The notes below the pieces were generated by a model. It was not told where the DNA came from and made no database searches. It saw only the letters and a list, made by a program, of their open reading frames with translations. A stretch of DNA of 63,726 nt, filler included. It is 3 parts of 3 records of this genome, joined end to end, with 100 filler letters (N's around TTAATTAATTAA, not from the genome) between each part and the next. Parts side by side here need not be neighbours in the genome. Positions count along the whole stretch, not along the records: positions 1 to 22,045 come from SRR20825019_837; 2 more parts are not named here. One strand, 5' to 3'. Within the stretch, counting starts at the first letter, position 1; each line of letters begins with the position of its first letter. The position numbers and the translations under genes are program-made. Below, piece by piece: positions 9,442-19,772 of this stretch.

Positions 9442-10992
9442 GTGAATAGAGAATTAATCGTAAGATCTACGCCAGAAGCAGTCGATTTTGCCTTACTAAA
9501 GGATGGAAAACTAGTAGAATTACATAAAGAAGAGGACAACAACAACTTTTCCGTAGGGGATATCTTCCTAGCCAAGATAAGAAAACCTGTTACAGGCCTA
9601 AATGCAGCATTTGTCAATGTAGGTTATGAAAAAGATGCGTTCCTGCACTACCATGACCTGGGCCCGCAACTATCCTCCATGTTGAAATTCATTAAAAAAG
9701 CTAGAACAGGGAAGTTAAAAGATTATTCCCTTAGAAATTTTCCGTTTGAAAAAGACATTGACAAGAATGGCAGTATCAACGATGTGTTGAAGGCCAATCA
9801 GTCATTACTGGTACAAATAGTAAAAGAACCCATATCAACAAAGGGACCAAGAATCAGCTCCGAGCTTTCCATAGCAGGACGTTACTTGGTTATGGTACCT
9901 TTTTCCGATAGAGTTTCGGTATCCCAAAAAATAGCGAGCAAAGAGGAAAAAGACCGACTTATCAGGCTTGTAAAAAGTATCAAGCCGAAAGGATTTGGAG
10001 TAATCATACGTACCGTAGCAGAAGGCAAAAAAGTTGCTGAACTGGACAAAGATCTTCAGAACTTGTTTTCCAAATGGACAAACATGTGCAAAAAATTGCA
10101 CAAAGCGCCCCATCCATCCAAAGTTTTGGTGGAATTGAACAGGGCATCATCCATCCTTAGGGATGTTTTCAACGATTCCTTTACCGGAATACATATCGAT
10201 GAAGAAACACTCTACAACCAAATCAAGGATTATTTGCACGAGATTGCACCAGAAAAAGAATCCATTGTGAAGTTGTACACCGGTCCGGCCCCTATTTTTG
10301 AGAAATTTGGGATAGAGCGTCAAATTAAGACATCTTTTGGCCGAACAGCATCCATGAGCCGCGGGGCTTACCTTGTAATCGAGCATACCGAAGCTTTGCA
10401 CGTTATTGATGTAAACAGTGGTAATCGCTCCAACAAGGCAAAAAACCAAGAAGATACCGCACTTGAAGTCAACCTATTGGCCGCAACCGAAATTGCCAGG
10501 CAATTACGATTGCGCGATATGGGAGGGATTATTGTGGTAGATTTTATTGATATGACCAAAGGTGACCACAGACGCAAACTGTTTGACCACCTGCGCGACG
10601 AAATGAAGGACGACAGAGCCAAACATAAGATTTTGCCACCCAGTAAATTTGGTCTTGTCCAAATCACAAGACAAAGGGTCCGTCCGGAAATGAACATCAA
10701 AACTAGCGAGGAAGACCCGAATCTTTCGGGTGCCGAGGTAGAAGCGCCGATTGTCTTGATCGATAAGATTCAAGTAGATTTGGAGCGTATCCTTAAGCGA
10801 AACCAAAAAATAAACGGAATTGTCCTAAACATACATCCGTTTATTGCGGCTTACCTTACCAAAGGATTCCCTTCAATTCGTTCCAAGTGGTTTAAAACCC
10901 ATAAAAAATGGGTTAAAATACAACCTAGGGACGCATACAAATACCTTGAATATAGCTTTAAGGACAAAGACGGTAAGAAAATTCAAATATAG
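9442..10992 (+). CDS. Ribonuclease E/G family
   Basis: S1 domain (NAAFVNVG), KEPISTKGPR, IDVNSG, LRLRDMGGIIVVDFIDM. GTG start. Confidence 0.96.
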   Translation: MNRELIVRSTPEAVDFALLKDGKLVELHKEEDNNNFSVGDIFLAKIRKPVTGLNAAFVNVGYEKDAFLHYHDLGPQLSSMLKFIKKARTGKLKDYSLRNFPFEKDIDKNGSINDVLKANQSLLVQIVKEPISTKGPRISSELSIAGRYLVMVPFSDRVSVSQKIASKEEKDRLIRLVKSIKPKGFGVIIRTVAEGKKVAELDKDLQNLFSKWTNMCKKLHKAPHPSKVLVELNRASSILRDVFNDSFTGIHIDEETLYNQIKDYLHEIAPEKESIVKLYTGPAPIFEKFGIERQIKTSFGRTASMSRGAYLVIEHTEALHVIDVNSGNRSNKAKNQEDTALEVNLLAATEIARQLRLRDMGGIIVVDFIDMTKGDHRRKLFDHLRDEMKDDRAKHKILPPSKFGLVQITRQRVRPEMNIKTSEEDPNLSGAEVEAPIVLIDKIQVDLERILKRNQKINGIVLNIHPFIAAYLTKGFPSIRSKWFKTHKKWVKIQPRDAYKYLEYSFKDKDGKKIQI

Positions 10993-10996
10993 TTAG

Positions 10997-11027
10997 AAGC
11001 GACTCCAGAAATGGGGTCGCTTTTTTT
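10997..11027 (+). terminator. Intrinsic terminator
   Basis: AAGCGACTCCA-gaaa-TGGGGTCGCTT followed by a T-run. Confidence 0.85.
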
Positions 11028-11047
11028 GTTTTATGTACTTTTGAAAT

Positions 11048-11521
11048 ATGAATCATACCAAAAGCTACACCTTGGACGAAGCTACCAAAAAGATGGAAAG
11101 CTACTGCGCTTACCAAGAGCGCTGCCATAAAGAGGTATTGGAAAAATTAAAAGGTATGAACATGATTCCAGAAGCCATTGACCATATATTGGGCCACCTG
11201 ATTCAAGAGAACTACCTCAACGAAGAGCGCTTTGCCAAGGCATTTGCGCGTGGCAAATTCAGTATTAAAAAATGGGGAACCAATAGGATTATTAGAGAAT
11301 TGAAGTTTCGCGATATCTCAGCTTACAACATCAAAAGTGCATTGGCAGAAATACAAAATGAAGATTACCTAACAACTTTTGACGAGCTTGCTAAAAAAAG
11401 ATTGGGCCAAATCACAGAAAAAAATCCGTTCAAAAGAAAGAAGAAATTAGCGGACTACCTTCTTTACCGAGGCTGGGAAAGTCATTTGGTCTACGAAAAA
11501 GTGGGCGAACTTATCAAATAA
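11048..11521 (+). CDS. recX: Regulatory protein RecX
   Basis: YCAYQERC, YLNEERFA, KKWG, YLLYRGW. Confidence 0.92.
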   Translation: MNHTKSYTLDEATKKMESYCAYQERCHKEVLEKLKGMNMIPEAIDHILGHLIQENYLNEERFAKAFARGKFSIKKWGTNRIIRELKFRDISAYNIKSALAEIQNEDYLTTFDELAKKRLGQITEKNPFKRKKKLADYLLYRGWESHLVYEKVGELIK

Positions 11522-11522
11522 A

Positions 11523-12392
11523 TCACTCTTGCAGCAATAGCTTCTGTGTGCGTTCCACAGCTTTTTCATTCTTCCAGTCAATCCATTCTTGACCTTTGAG
11601 CTTGCGCATCAAATTATCAAAATGCCGCATCACGAAGATATTATAGACGGCCTGTCCAAAATTCTTGGGCTTTCTGGGAATCGACCTCAGACTCATGGAA
11701 AATCCAGGTGTGATATATTTCATATGGTGCCAATACCCTTCGGGTATATAGAGCACATTACCGTGTTCCAGGTTCGTCACATGACCCTTGGCATGCTTCA
11801 ATGCTGGCCATTTTTCAATATCGGGGTCGGCAAAATCGATATCTTCACGCGTAATCAGGGAGTGCGGAATCTTGTACAAAAACTTTGTTTCGGATTGTGA
11901 ATAGAGGATGCACTGCTTTTTTCCTTCAAAATGAAAATGGAAAATATTGGCCAAATCAATATCGTAGTGCATAAAAGTGTAGGAATCCTCACCACCAAAA
12001 AAGAGCATCGGTAAACCTTTCATCAACCGAAGTCCAAAGTCTGGATACGAAAAGTCTTTTTGGAGTTCTGGTACTTCCTTTAAAATGTTCCAAAGAAAAA
12101 TACGGTATTTGGTAGGACCACTTTTTAGAAGTTCCACATAGTCGGCCATCTTCATTTTGGCATGTGGCTCGTTGAATCCTTCATCGTGTTTTACCGGGCG
12201 GTCATCGTACAGGGGCACTTCCTTGTCCCCGGCAATCTCTTTCATATAATCCAAGTTCCATTTGGAATACGCCGGCCAATCCTCAATAAAGCGTTCTATT
12301 ACAACAGGCTTTTGGGGCTTGAAATATTTTTGGATAAACTCTTTCTTCGAAAGGGTTTTCTCCCGAGGTATTTGTTCAAGGTTCAGCTTCAA
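11523..12392 (-). CDS. JmjC/cupin-8 family 2-oxoglutarate-Fe(II) oxygenase
   Basis: PVVI..WPAYSKW, HYD...IPEGYWHHM (HxD...H triad). Confidence 0.88.
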   Translation of the reverse strand: MKLNLEQIPREKTLSKKEFIQKYFKPQKPVVIERFIEDWPAYSKWNLDYMKEIAGDKEVPLYDDRPVKHDEGFNEPHAKMKMADYVELLKSGPTKYRIFLWNILKEVPELQKDFSYPDFGLRLMKGLPMLFFGGEDSYTFMHYDIDLANIFHFHFEGKKQCILYSQSETKFLYKIPHSLITREDIDFADPDIEKWPALKHAKGHVTNLEHGNVLYIPEGYWHHMKYITPGFSMSLRSIPRKPKNFGQAVYNIFVMRHFDNLMRKLKGQEWIDWKNEKAVERTQKLLLQE

Positions 12393-12496
12393 AATTTCAA
12401 GGAATTTGAAATCGCTAAATTACTAAAAGGTTTTTAAATGTTTACGACATCTATTCCTTGGAAACCAGTTAAACCTTTCGCTTTGGCCTTTTGCGC

Positions 12497-14329
12497 CTAT
12501 TTAAAACTATATCGCAGACCGAAAAGCACATTACTTGGCGGCATTGGTATAAAGCCGGACTCTATGTAATCTGCATCGAAAATATTACTTGCAGTAATGG
12601 TAAACTCTGCCTGTTTTACTTTTATAGCCAATGATGCATCCCAAACATTATAGGTTTGTCCCGTGGTTCGTTCTGCATACTTATAAATTATATTCTGACG
12701 TACGTTTTTGAACAATTGTGTACTCAATCGTGTGGTGTATTGGTGCTTGAGTGTATTTAAAGAGTAACGTGACAATTCTTCATTCTGGTCTAAAATATTG
12801 TCATCCAAAAACGCATAGCCAACGCTTAATGTTTGGGTATAGTCCTTAAATTTAAAATTATAAGCAGCGTCCAACTCCAAGCCTTTGGTGTTTACCTCAG
12901 TAATATTTGTTGCCACAAACATATCCTCGGTAACATTGTTTCTGATAAAATCGATAAGGTTGTCCGCATCCCTATTAAAAACGGCAACGCTGGCATTCAC
13001 TTTTGGAGAAATGTACTTTAAGCCCAATTCCTGGGCAAAAGCTTCTTCTGGCTCCAAGTCTGTATTACCGCTAGTAACTGGATCATTGTAAAACAAATCC
13101 GTATACGTTGGTATGCGGTAGGTATAGCCAATATTACCATATACTTTAAATGTATTGGTAAGGTTATAACCAATATCCAATCCGGGAAAAGCACGGAACT
13201 TAAAATCTGAAAAATAGGTCAATGCAACGCCAGGAGTAATATCCAACTTGTTGTCCGCAATACTAAAACGATGTTCTAAAAACACATTGGACATGAAACG
13301 GCTTCGGTTACCCAAGTTGTTACTTCTAAGATATATTTCTGAAAGTTCTACCCCAAAACCCGTAATTCCTAATTTAGATGCATAAGAAGCATTGGTTTCT
13401 ACGCCTATCTTGTTGGAAATATGCATGTTCCTGTAGAAACCAGGCTCATTTCTTCTTAGTAGAAATAAATCTTGATTACGTTTCCAATAGATTCTTTGCT
13501 GTATTTTTAGCTTGTTTTTCTTGAAGGTGGTAGAAAACGCCAAAAGGCTGTTTTGGGTTTCTTCGTACTCGTTAAACGTAGGATTGGTAGTGTAAAAGTT
13601 CTCAGCCCCAAAATTGCGCTCCATGAAAGTAGCTGTCATTTCAATAGGCTGTGCATTTTTATTGAAAATGCTTTTTAAAAAGTAATTGCCATTATCGTAA
13701 TCTGAGTTATTTCTATAGCCCTCAGATGTCATCCTTCCGATATGTATGATATGAGACGAGTTTTCCTTATCCACACCAGCGGTAACGCTACCATTTAATT
13801 GTCCAAAAGATCCCGCTTCCACGTTTAAGGAAACGGAATTGTTCAGATTCTTTTTTGTAATGATATTGATGGCCCCAGCAAAGGCGTTTTGTCCAAAAAC
13901 CCGCGCTGCCGGACCTTTTATAATTTCTATTCTTTCTATCACCTCCAATGGCAAAGCTGCATTCATGGTATGATGACCCGTTTGCGCATCGTCCATTTTA
14001 ACTCCATCAATCAATACTAACGTTTGATCAAAACCACCACCCCTTATATACAAATCTGCTTGGCTACCACCTGTACCGCGTCTTCTAATATCTACCCCCG
14101 CAACTTGTTGCAATAAATCCGCAACATTGACCGCTGCACTATTTTTAATATCACTAGAGGTTATTAGGTTTATGGTTCTCGAATTTTCCTTAAATGGAAG
14201 GTTGATTCGGTTTGCGGTTACTACAACTTCGCTCAACGAATCCACTTTTACAGCGTCATCATCTTGTTGCGCTTTTGCCTGAAAAGCACCCACCAGTAAA
14301 ATCGTAGAAATTAAAATAGCCTTCTTCAT
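12497..14329 (-). CDS. TonB-dependent receptor (BtuB-like size)
   Basis: Signal peptide, TonB box EVVVTA, plug motif IRG...IERIEIIKGP...GAINIITK, C-terminal GLRYSFK. Confidence 0.93.
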   Translation of the reverse strand: MKKAILISTILLVGAFQAKAQQDDDAVKVDSLSEVVVTANRINLPFKENSRTINLITSSDIKNSAAVNVADLLQQVAGVDIRRRGTGGSQADLYIRGGGFDQTLVLIDGVKMDDAQTGHHTMNAALPLEVIERIEIIKGPAARVFGQNAFAGAINIITKKNLNNSVSLNVEAGSFGQLNGSVTAGVDKENSSHIIHIGRMTSEGYRNNSDYDNGNYFLKSIFNKNAQPIEMTATFMERNFGAENFYTTNPTFNEYEETQNSLLAFSTTFKKNKLKIQQRIYWKRNQDLFLLRRNEPGFYRNMHISNKIGVETNASYASKLGITGFGVELSEIYLRSNNLGNRSRFMSNVFLEHRFSIADNKLDITPGVALTYFSDFKFRAFPGLDIGYNLTNTFKVYGNIGYTYRIPTYTDLFYNDPVTSGNTDLEPEEAFAQELGLKYISPKVNASVAVFNRDADNLIDFIRNNVTEDMFVATNITEVNTKGLELDAAYNFKFKDYTQTLSVGYAFLDDNILDQNEELSRYSLNTLKHQYTTRLSTQLFKNVRQNIIYKYAERTTGQTYNVWDASLAIKVKQAEFTITASNIFDADYIESGFIPMPPSNVLFGLRYSFK

Positions 14330-14378
14330 TGTCTAAGCTGTAAGGTAAGTTTTTAAGTCGGTTAATTTTATGCTGTAA

Positions 14379-14435
14379 AAGTCCTAACTTTCCGGACGAT
14401 TAAACTAGTCCGCTTTTAAAACAATGAATAGTCCG
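14379..14435. promoter_or_regulatory. Probable MocR operator array in the divergent promoter
   Basis: CGGAC (14393-14397) is inverted relative to TAGTCCG (14406-14412). A second TAGTCCG (14429-14435) lies inside the regulator's first codons. AAGTCC at 14379. Confidence 0.5.
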
Positions 14436-15920
14436 GTTTTTGATTTGTTGGTTCAGCTTACATCTATAGACAAGTCCATTGTTCAGCCTGCATATGTGCA
14501 GGTGGCACAACAAATCATGAACGCCATTCAACGTGGTTATCTGGAAAAAGGTAGTAAGTTGCCCGGAACACGGGCTTTAAGTAAGTTATTGAACGTTCAT
14601 CGCAATACAGCTGTGGCCATCTATGATGAATTGGCCTCGCAAGGTTGGGTAGACATCATACCCAACAAGGGAACTTTTGTGGTGGTTCCGGAAGATTCCA
14701 AATCAAAAATCAAAGCGACCACACAGCATATCAACCAGGTTTACGAGTATCCAAAAATTCCAGGATTCCCGTTCCAACAATCCTTTAATCTAGCATCTAC
14801 CAAAGAGGAGACCGCGGCCAAATATTCCATAAATGATGGTAAGCCCGATTTGCGTTTACATCCCGTCCACCAATTTTCTAGGTGGTATAGCGCTGCAATG
14901 AAACGAAAGCCATTAATCAACAAATGGAATACAACCAATGCCTTGATTCCTTCCGTTTTTAGCATACAACTTTGCAACTACTTAAATACTACTAGGGGCT
15001 TCCATATAAAACCAACCAATTTATTGAATACCCGCAGTACGGAAATGAGCCTGTATATTGTTTCGCAGGTATTGATAAATCCAGGTGATTTGGTACTGGT
15101 TGGACAACTAAGTAACTATATGACCAACATGATATTTCAACAAGCCGGGGCAAAAATAAAAACAGTTCCTGTAGATGGAGAGGGATTGGATATTGGTTAC
15201 GTAAAAAAGCATTTTTTACATCAGCATATTCGATGTATCTATGTTTGCTCCAACCGGGACTATCCTACAACCACAACATTAAGCACCAAAAGAAGGTTGC
15301 AGTTACTACAATTGGCCAAAACCCATGGTTTTGCCATAATCGAGGACGATTTTGACCATGATTTTCAGTTTGAAGGGTCTTCCATGATGCCCATGGCCAG
15401 TGCAGATGCCAATGGGAATATAATCTACTTAGGTAAACTGGGCCAGTCTTTATTTCCGAGTTTTCACACAGGGTTTGTCGTGGCACCAGAACAATTAATT
15501 ACCGAAGCCAAGAATTACCTGCAATTATTGGATACCCAAGGAGATTTAATTCAGGAGCAAATGCTTTCTGAACTGATATCCGAAGGCGAAATATACCGGC
15601 TCAAGAAAAAAAATATTGTTACCTACAAACAACGTAGGGATGCTTTAAGCGTTTTTTTAAAAGAATTTTTCGACAACATACTTGATTGGCAAATACCCTC
15701 CGGAGGACTTGCCATGTGGTTGCGATTTAAAAATCACATATCCCTGGTAAAACTGGCCGAAGAAGCTGAAAAACTGGATCTATTCCTGCCAAAAACAATT
15801 CTGTACCAAGATAAAAATATCTGCGCCATACGTTTTGGTTATGGGCATTTAACCGAAGAGGAACTTAAAATCGTAATGGAAAAGTTAAAACAAGCGTACC
15901 TACAATTGTTGGCTGTTTAA
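14424..15920 (+). CDS. MocR/GabR family transcriptional regulator (GntR wHTH plus class I aminotransferase-like domain)
   Basis: KLPGTRALSKLLNVHRNT...YDELASQGW...GTFV wHTH, IIEDDFD, PSGGLAMW, IRFGYG. Confidence 0.93.
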   Translation: MNSPVFDLLVQLTSIDKSIVQPAYVQVAQQIMNAIQRGYLEKGSKLPGTRALSKLLNVHRNTAVAIYDELASQGWVDIIPNKGTFVVVPEDSKSKIKATTQHINQVYEYPKIPGFPFQQSFNLASTKEETAAKYSINDGKPDLRLHPVHQFSRWYSAAMKRKPLINKWNTTNALIPSVFSIQLCNYLNTTRGFHIKPTNLLNTRSTEMSLYIVSQVLINPGDLVLVGQLSNYMTNMIFQQAGAKIKTVPVDGEGLDIGYVKKHFLHQHIRCIYVCSNRDYPTTTTLSTKRRLQLLQLAKTHGFAIIEDDFDHDFQFEGSSMMPMASADANGNIIYLGKLGQSLFPSFHTGFVVAPEQLITEAKNYLQLLDTQGDLIQEQMLSELISEGEIYRLKKKNIVTYKQRRDALSVFLKEFFDNILDWQIPSGGLAMWLRFKNHISLVKLAEEAEKLDLFLPKTILYQDKNICAIRFGYGHLTEEELKIVMEKLKQAYLQLLAV

Positions 15921-15981
15921 ACCTTCAAATTTATCTATATTGCAAATATGATAATTAACGACCAAAAAGCTGAATACCGCC

Positions 15982-17457
15982 GTGCTTAAAAAATTACGTT
16001 CTCTGAGGTATCAAGATTTGGACTGGAAAACGGTCCTCTTTGTTTTGGTGGTGGTCGCGGTCTTTATCCGTTTTCCGTTCTTTTTTAGGGATTATGTGGA
16101 TCGCGATGAGAGCACTTTTATCCTAATGGGACAATCTTGGGTGAACGGACATTTGCCCTACACCCAATTGTGGGATTTAAAACCTCCGATTACCTTTCTG
16201 TATTTTGCCCTCATCATCAAGATTTTTGGGAAAAGCTTTTTTGCCATTCGCTTTTTTGGAGCGGTAATGGTGGCATTGACAAGTTTGTTCACATTTGGCA
16301 TTGCCACAAAATTGACTTCGAAAAAAATTGCTTTTTGGATAGCCATCTTCTGTGTATTTTTCCAGAGCCTGTTTGGCAGTTTACAGGGGGTAATGTCCGA
16401 ACACATTTGTACCTTCTTTTTTGTGGCGGCACTTTATATTTTGTTTTGGAAAGATGATGCAAAATGGTTTTTAACTTCTGGACTTCTATTGGGGCTATCG
16501 GTTATGACCAAGTTGAACATGGCCTATCCTGTTTTGTGCTTGGGCCTTTATTTTTTATACGAGGGTTTTCACGAAAAACAAATTTCAAAAACCATTGTTA
16601 ATTTGGTTTTTATGGGCACAGGTTTTTTTGTGACCATTGCGTGTACGGCAATTCCTTATTACCTTCAAGGAGATATTCAAATTTGGTCGGAGTCCATATT
16701 TGAGGCGCCCTTGGTCTATTCCGAAGGGAGGTTCCACTCACCTTGGAGAACATTGCCTTATGTGGGTACCATTGCACTGCTATTGGGCGCGGGGTTCTAT
16801 TTAAAACTTATCGATTGGAAATCAAAAAACATGCAATTGTTGACCATTGTCGTCATAGGGATTTTAATTTCTTACGTGCAATCGGGCAAAGTGAATGGGC
16901 ACTACCTCATCCAACTCTATCCGTTTATATTGATTCCTTTGGGCATGGCAGTTGCCAAACTCCCGCCCATCCAAAAAAAGTATCGTGCTGTAATCGCTGT
17001 CCTTCTCATATTCGTTCCTATGGAATCCTATCTGGAATATGGCAATATAGTCTCCAACAAAATTAAAAAGGGTTCTTTTTACAATGGTGAAGGCATTGAT
17101 GTGCCCAGATACATTCAAGACCATAATCTGGAAACCGAGCATATCTTTTTTACCGAGTACCATATCGGTTATTGGGTCTTGGATGAAACCCCTCCTACCA
17201 AACCTGCTACGCATCCCAGCAACATAACACGCGAGGAGTTGTTTCCCTATATGAACAACCCGCGAAAATCTGGGGTAGAAGAACTCAAATATATCATGGA
17301 TGTGATTCGGCCAAAAACTTTGGTGGCCCGAAATGGCAAAAAAATCTTTGATAAAAAACTGGTGGAGTATAACAGTTATATCGATGCTTACTTAGAAAAA
17401 CATTACCATTTGGAGGCAACTGTGGGTAGAGGCCTCATTTACCAACGTTTAGAATGA
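15982..17457 (+). CDS. GT-C membrane glycosyltransferase (ArnT/PMT-like)
   Basis: DRDE motif after TM1, PY..LWDLKPP, multiple TM segments. Confidence 0.8.
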   Translation: MLKKLRSLRYQDLDWKTVLFVLVVVAVFIRFPFFFRDYVDRDESTFILMGQSWVNGHLPYTQLWDLKPPITFLYFALIIKIFGKSFFAIRFFGAVMVALTSLFTFGIATKLTSKKIAFWIAIFCVFFQSLFGSLQGVMSEHICTFFFVAALYILFWKDDAKWFLTSGLLLGLSVMTKLNMAYPVLCLGLYFLYEGFHEKQISKTIVNLVFMGTGFFVTIACTAIPYYLQGDIQIWSESIFEAPLVYSEGRFHSPWRTLPYVGTIALLLGAGFYLKLIDWKSKNMQLLTIVVIGILISYVQSGKVNGHYLIQLYPFILIPLGMAVAKLPPIQKKYRAVIAVLLIFVPMESYLEYGNIVSNKIKKGSFYNGEGIDVPRYIQDHNLETEHIFFTEYHIGYWVLDETPPTKPATHPSNITREELFPYMNNPRKSGVEELKYIMDVIRPKTLVARNGKKIFDKKLVEYNSYIDAYLEKHYHLEATVGRGLIYQRLE

Positions 17458-17475
17458 CACCAGTCACAAATAATT

Positions 17476-17862
17476 TTATTGAACGGGTCTTGTGATAAAA
17501 TTGCATTGCATGCACCTATATTTGGTAGACTCAAAAAATGGGAAAAGTTTAAAGAAAATGTTCTTTCGCGAATAATAGATTTCCGACCGTGCGGCTTTGC
17601 AATTAGGACATACAATCGGGTTTCCTGAATCATCGGTGGCATAACTTCTGACTTCATCAAAAATCTGCTTGGCCCTTTCCATATCCGAGGAATAGACCTG
17701 AAGCCTAACACCTCCCATGGCATTGCTGACCATCGAATAGGAGTTAATGGTATTCTCATCCTTTAAGAATACTGGGATTCCTTCTGCTTCGAGTTTACCT
17801 TTAATGACCACGGCATCCGCAGGAAACTCAAATGTACCCAAAGTGTGAAACTCCTTTTTCAT
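17476..17862 (-). CDS. DUF2007-like protein with C-terminal zinc ribbon
   Basis: KGKLEAEGIPVFLKDE, GGVRLQV, CPNC...CMQC. Start at MKKEFH preferred. Confidence 0.75.
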   Translation of the reverse strand: MKKEFHTLGTFEFPADAVVIKGKLEAEGIPVFLKDENTINSYSMVSNAMGGVRLQVYSSDMERAKQIFDEVRSYATDDSGNPIVCPNCKAARSEIYYSRKNIFFKLFPFFESTKYRCMQCNFITRPVQ

Positions 17863-17975
17863 GTGGTTAAATAATTCATCAGCAATTGCAAAAATCGCCA
17901 TATTTCCTCATAACACAAATGTAGCACTTACGGTGATTAAACAGTATCTTAGTTGTTCTTAAACCTATTCCAAAA

Positions 17976-19772
17976 ATGAAATTTATCCTTTCCATTTTAG
18001 CACTATTCACTGGGCTATTAATGACCGCCCAGACCAATACCTATGAAATTTCTTTTGACAATGCCGTCCACCACGAAGCGGTCGTCCAAGCTACTTTTCC
18101 CGATTTAACCTCTGATATTGTGGAGTTTCGAATGAGCAGAACGTCTCCTGGACGCTACGCGCTTCACGAATTTGCCAAGAACGTGTATGGTTTTGAAGCT
18201 ACGGACAGTAAAGGAAACGTGTTGCCCGTTACCCGTCCCAACCCCTACGCTTGGAATGTGAGCGGACATGATGGCACCATCAATATCAAATATATTTTGT
18301 TTGCCAACCGAGGTGGCGGAACGTATTCTCAAGTGGATGAAACACATGCCCATTTGAACATTCCCGCAACTTTTATGTTTGCCCCTGAATTGAGCAAGCG
18401 TAAAATTGAAGTTACTTTTAATGTGCGTGGAGATTTGGATTGGAAAGTGGCCACGCAACTTCCAAAGGTTTCCGGTACTACCTATTCGGCGCCGAACCTT
18501 TATTATTTTATGGACAGCCCTACCGAAATCAGTAATTACATGCTTCGCTCTTTTGAAGTGGATGGAAAAACGATCAACCTTGCTTTGCACCACAACGGAA
18601 CCGAAGCAGAAGCCGATGAATATTTTGAAAAGGTGAAAAAGGTAGTGCTTGCTGAAAAAGAGGTGTACGACGAACTTCCCGATTTTGATTATGGAAATTA
18701 TACTTTCTTAGCCTGCTATATTCCCAATGCCTCCGGAGATGGCATGGAACATCGCAACTCTACCATATTGACGAGTACGCGTAGCTTGGCCGATGGAGGT
18801 ATGGAACGTAATATCGGGACGGTATCCCATGAATTTTTCCATGCGTGGAACGTGGAACGTATCCGCCCGAAAACTCTGGAACCCTTTGATTTTGAAGAAG
18901 CCAATATGAGCGGAGCCCTTTGGTTTGCCGAAGGTTTTACCAGTTACTATACTGGCTTGATTTTATGTAGAGCTGGACTTTCCACCCCGAAAGACTACGT
19001 AGAGGGATTGGCAGGAACCTTCAATTATGTGTGGAACTCACCCGCAAGACAATATTTTAATCCAATTGAAATGAGTTTCCAGGCACCATTTGTGGACGCG
19101 GCTACCTCGGTGGACCCCGTTAACCGAGAAAATATGTTTATCTCTTACTATTCCTACGGAAGTGTTTTGGGTTTGGCCTTAGATCTGTCGCTTCGTGAAG
19201 AGGGATTGAACCTTGATGATTTTATGAAGCTCGTCTGGAAAAAATATGGTAAAACGGAAATCCCCTATACTATCGAAAATCTTCATGATGCCTTAAATGA
19301 ATATGCTGGCAAATCTTATGGCGACAATTTTTTCAACAGTTACATCTACAAAAGCAATATGCCCGATTACAAAGCGCTAATGGATTCGGTAGGGGTTATC
19401 TTGGAACAACCCGAAGCAACCCCTTATTTTGGGGCCTATGTCTCCATGGCACCTGACAATTCTGGGTATATGATACGTAGAAATACCTCAATCGGCAGCC
19501 CGGCATACAAAGCTGGCCTGGACAATGGGGATATAGTTCTAGGTATAAACAATCAACCTATTACGGCAGGTCAATCTTTTGAAGATTATCTGGCTCAATT
19601 TAATTTAGGCGAACCTGTAGAGGTTAAATTTTCTAGATACGGAATTGAAAAGTCAACGGAAATGGTTCTGACACCTAGCCCAGATTACACGTTTAGTTTG
19701 ATGGAGGATAAGGAAGCAAAACCATCCAAAAAGATGCTAGAGCAACGAAAAGAATGGCTTAAGGTGGAATAA
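17976..19772 (+). CDS. M61 glycyl aminopeptidase with PDZ domain
   Basis: GMEHRNST, HEFFHAWN, LWFAEGFTSYY, GSPAYKAGL. Confidence 0.93.
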   Translation: MKFILSILALFTGLLMTAQTNTYEISFDNAVHHEAVVQATFPDLTSDIVEFRMSRTSPGRYALHEFAKNVYGFEATDSKGNVLPVTRPNPYAWNVSGHDGTINIKYILFANRGGGTYSQVDETHAHLNIPATFMFAPELSKRKIEVTFNVRGDLDWKVATQLPKVSGTTYSAPNLYYFMDSPTEISNYMLRSFEVDGKTINLALHHNGTEAEADEYFEKVKKVVLAEKEVYDELPDFDYGNYTFLACYIPNASGDGMEHRNSTILTSTRSLADGGMERNIGTVSHEFFHAWNVERIRPKTLEPFDFEEANMSGALWFAEGFTSYYTGLILCRAGLSTPKDYVEGLAGTFNYVWNSPARQYFNPIEMSFQAPFVDAATSVDPVNRENMFISYYSYGSVLGLALDLSLREEGLNLDDFMKLVWKKYGKTEIPYTIENLHDALNEYAGKSYGDNFFNSYIYKSNMPDYKALMDSVGVILEQPEATPYFGAYVSMAPDNSGYMIRRNTSIGSPAYKAGLDNGDIVLGINNQPITAGQSFEDYLAQFNLGEPVEVKFSRYGIEKSTEMVLTPSPDYTFSLMEDKEAKPSKKMLEQRKEWLKVE

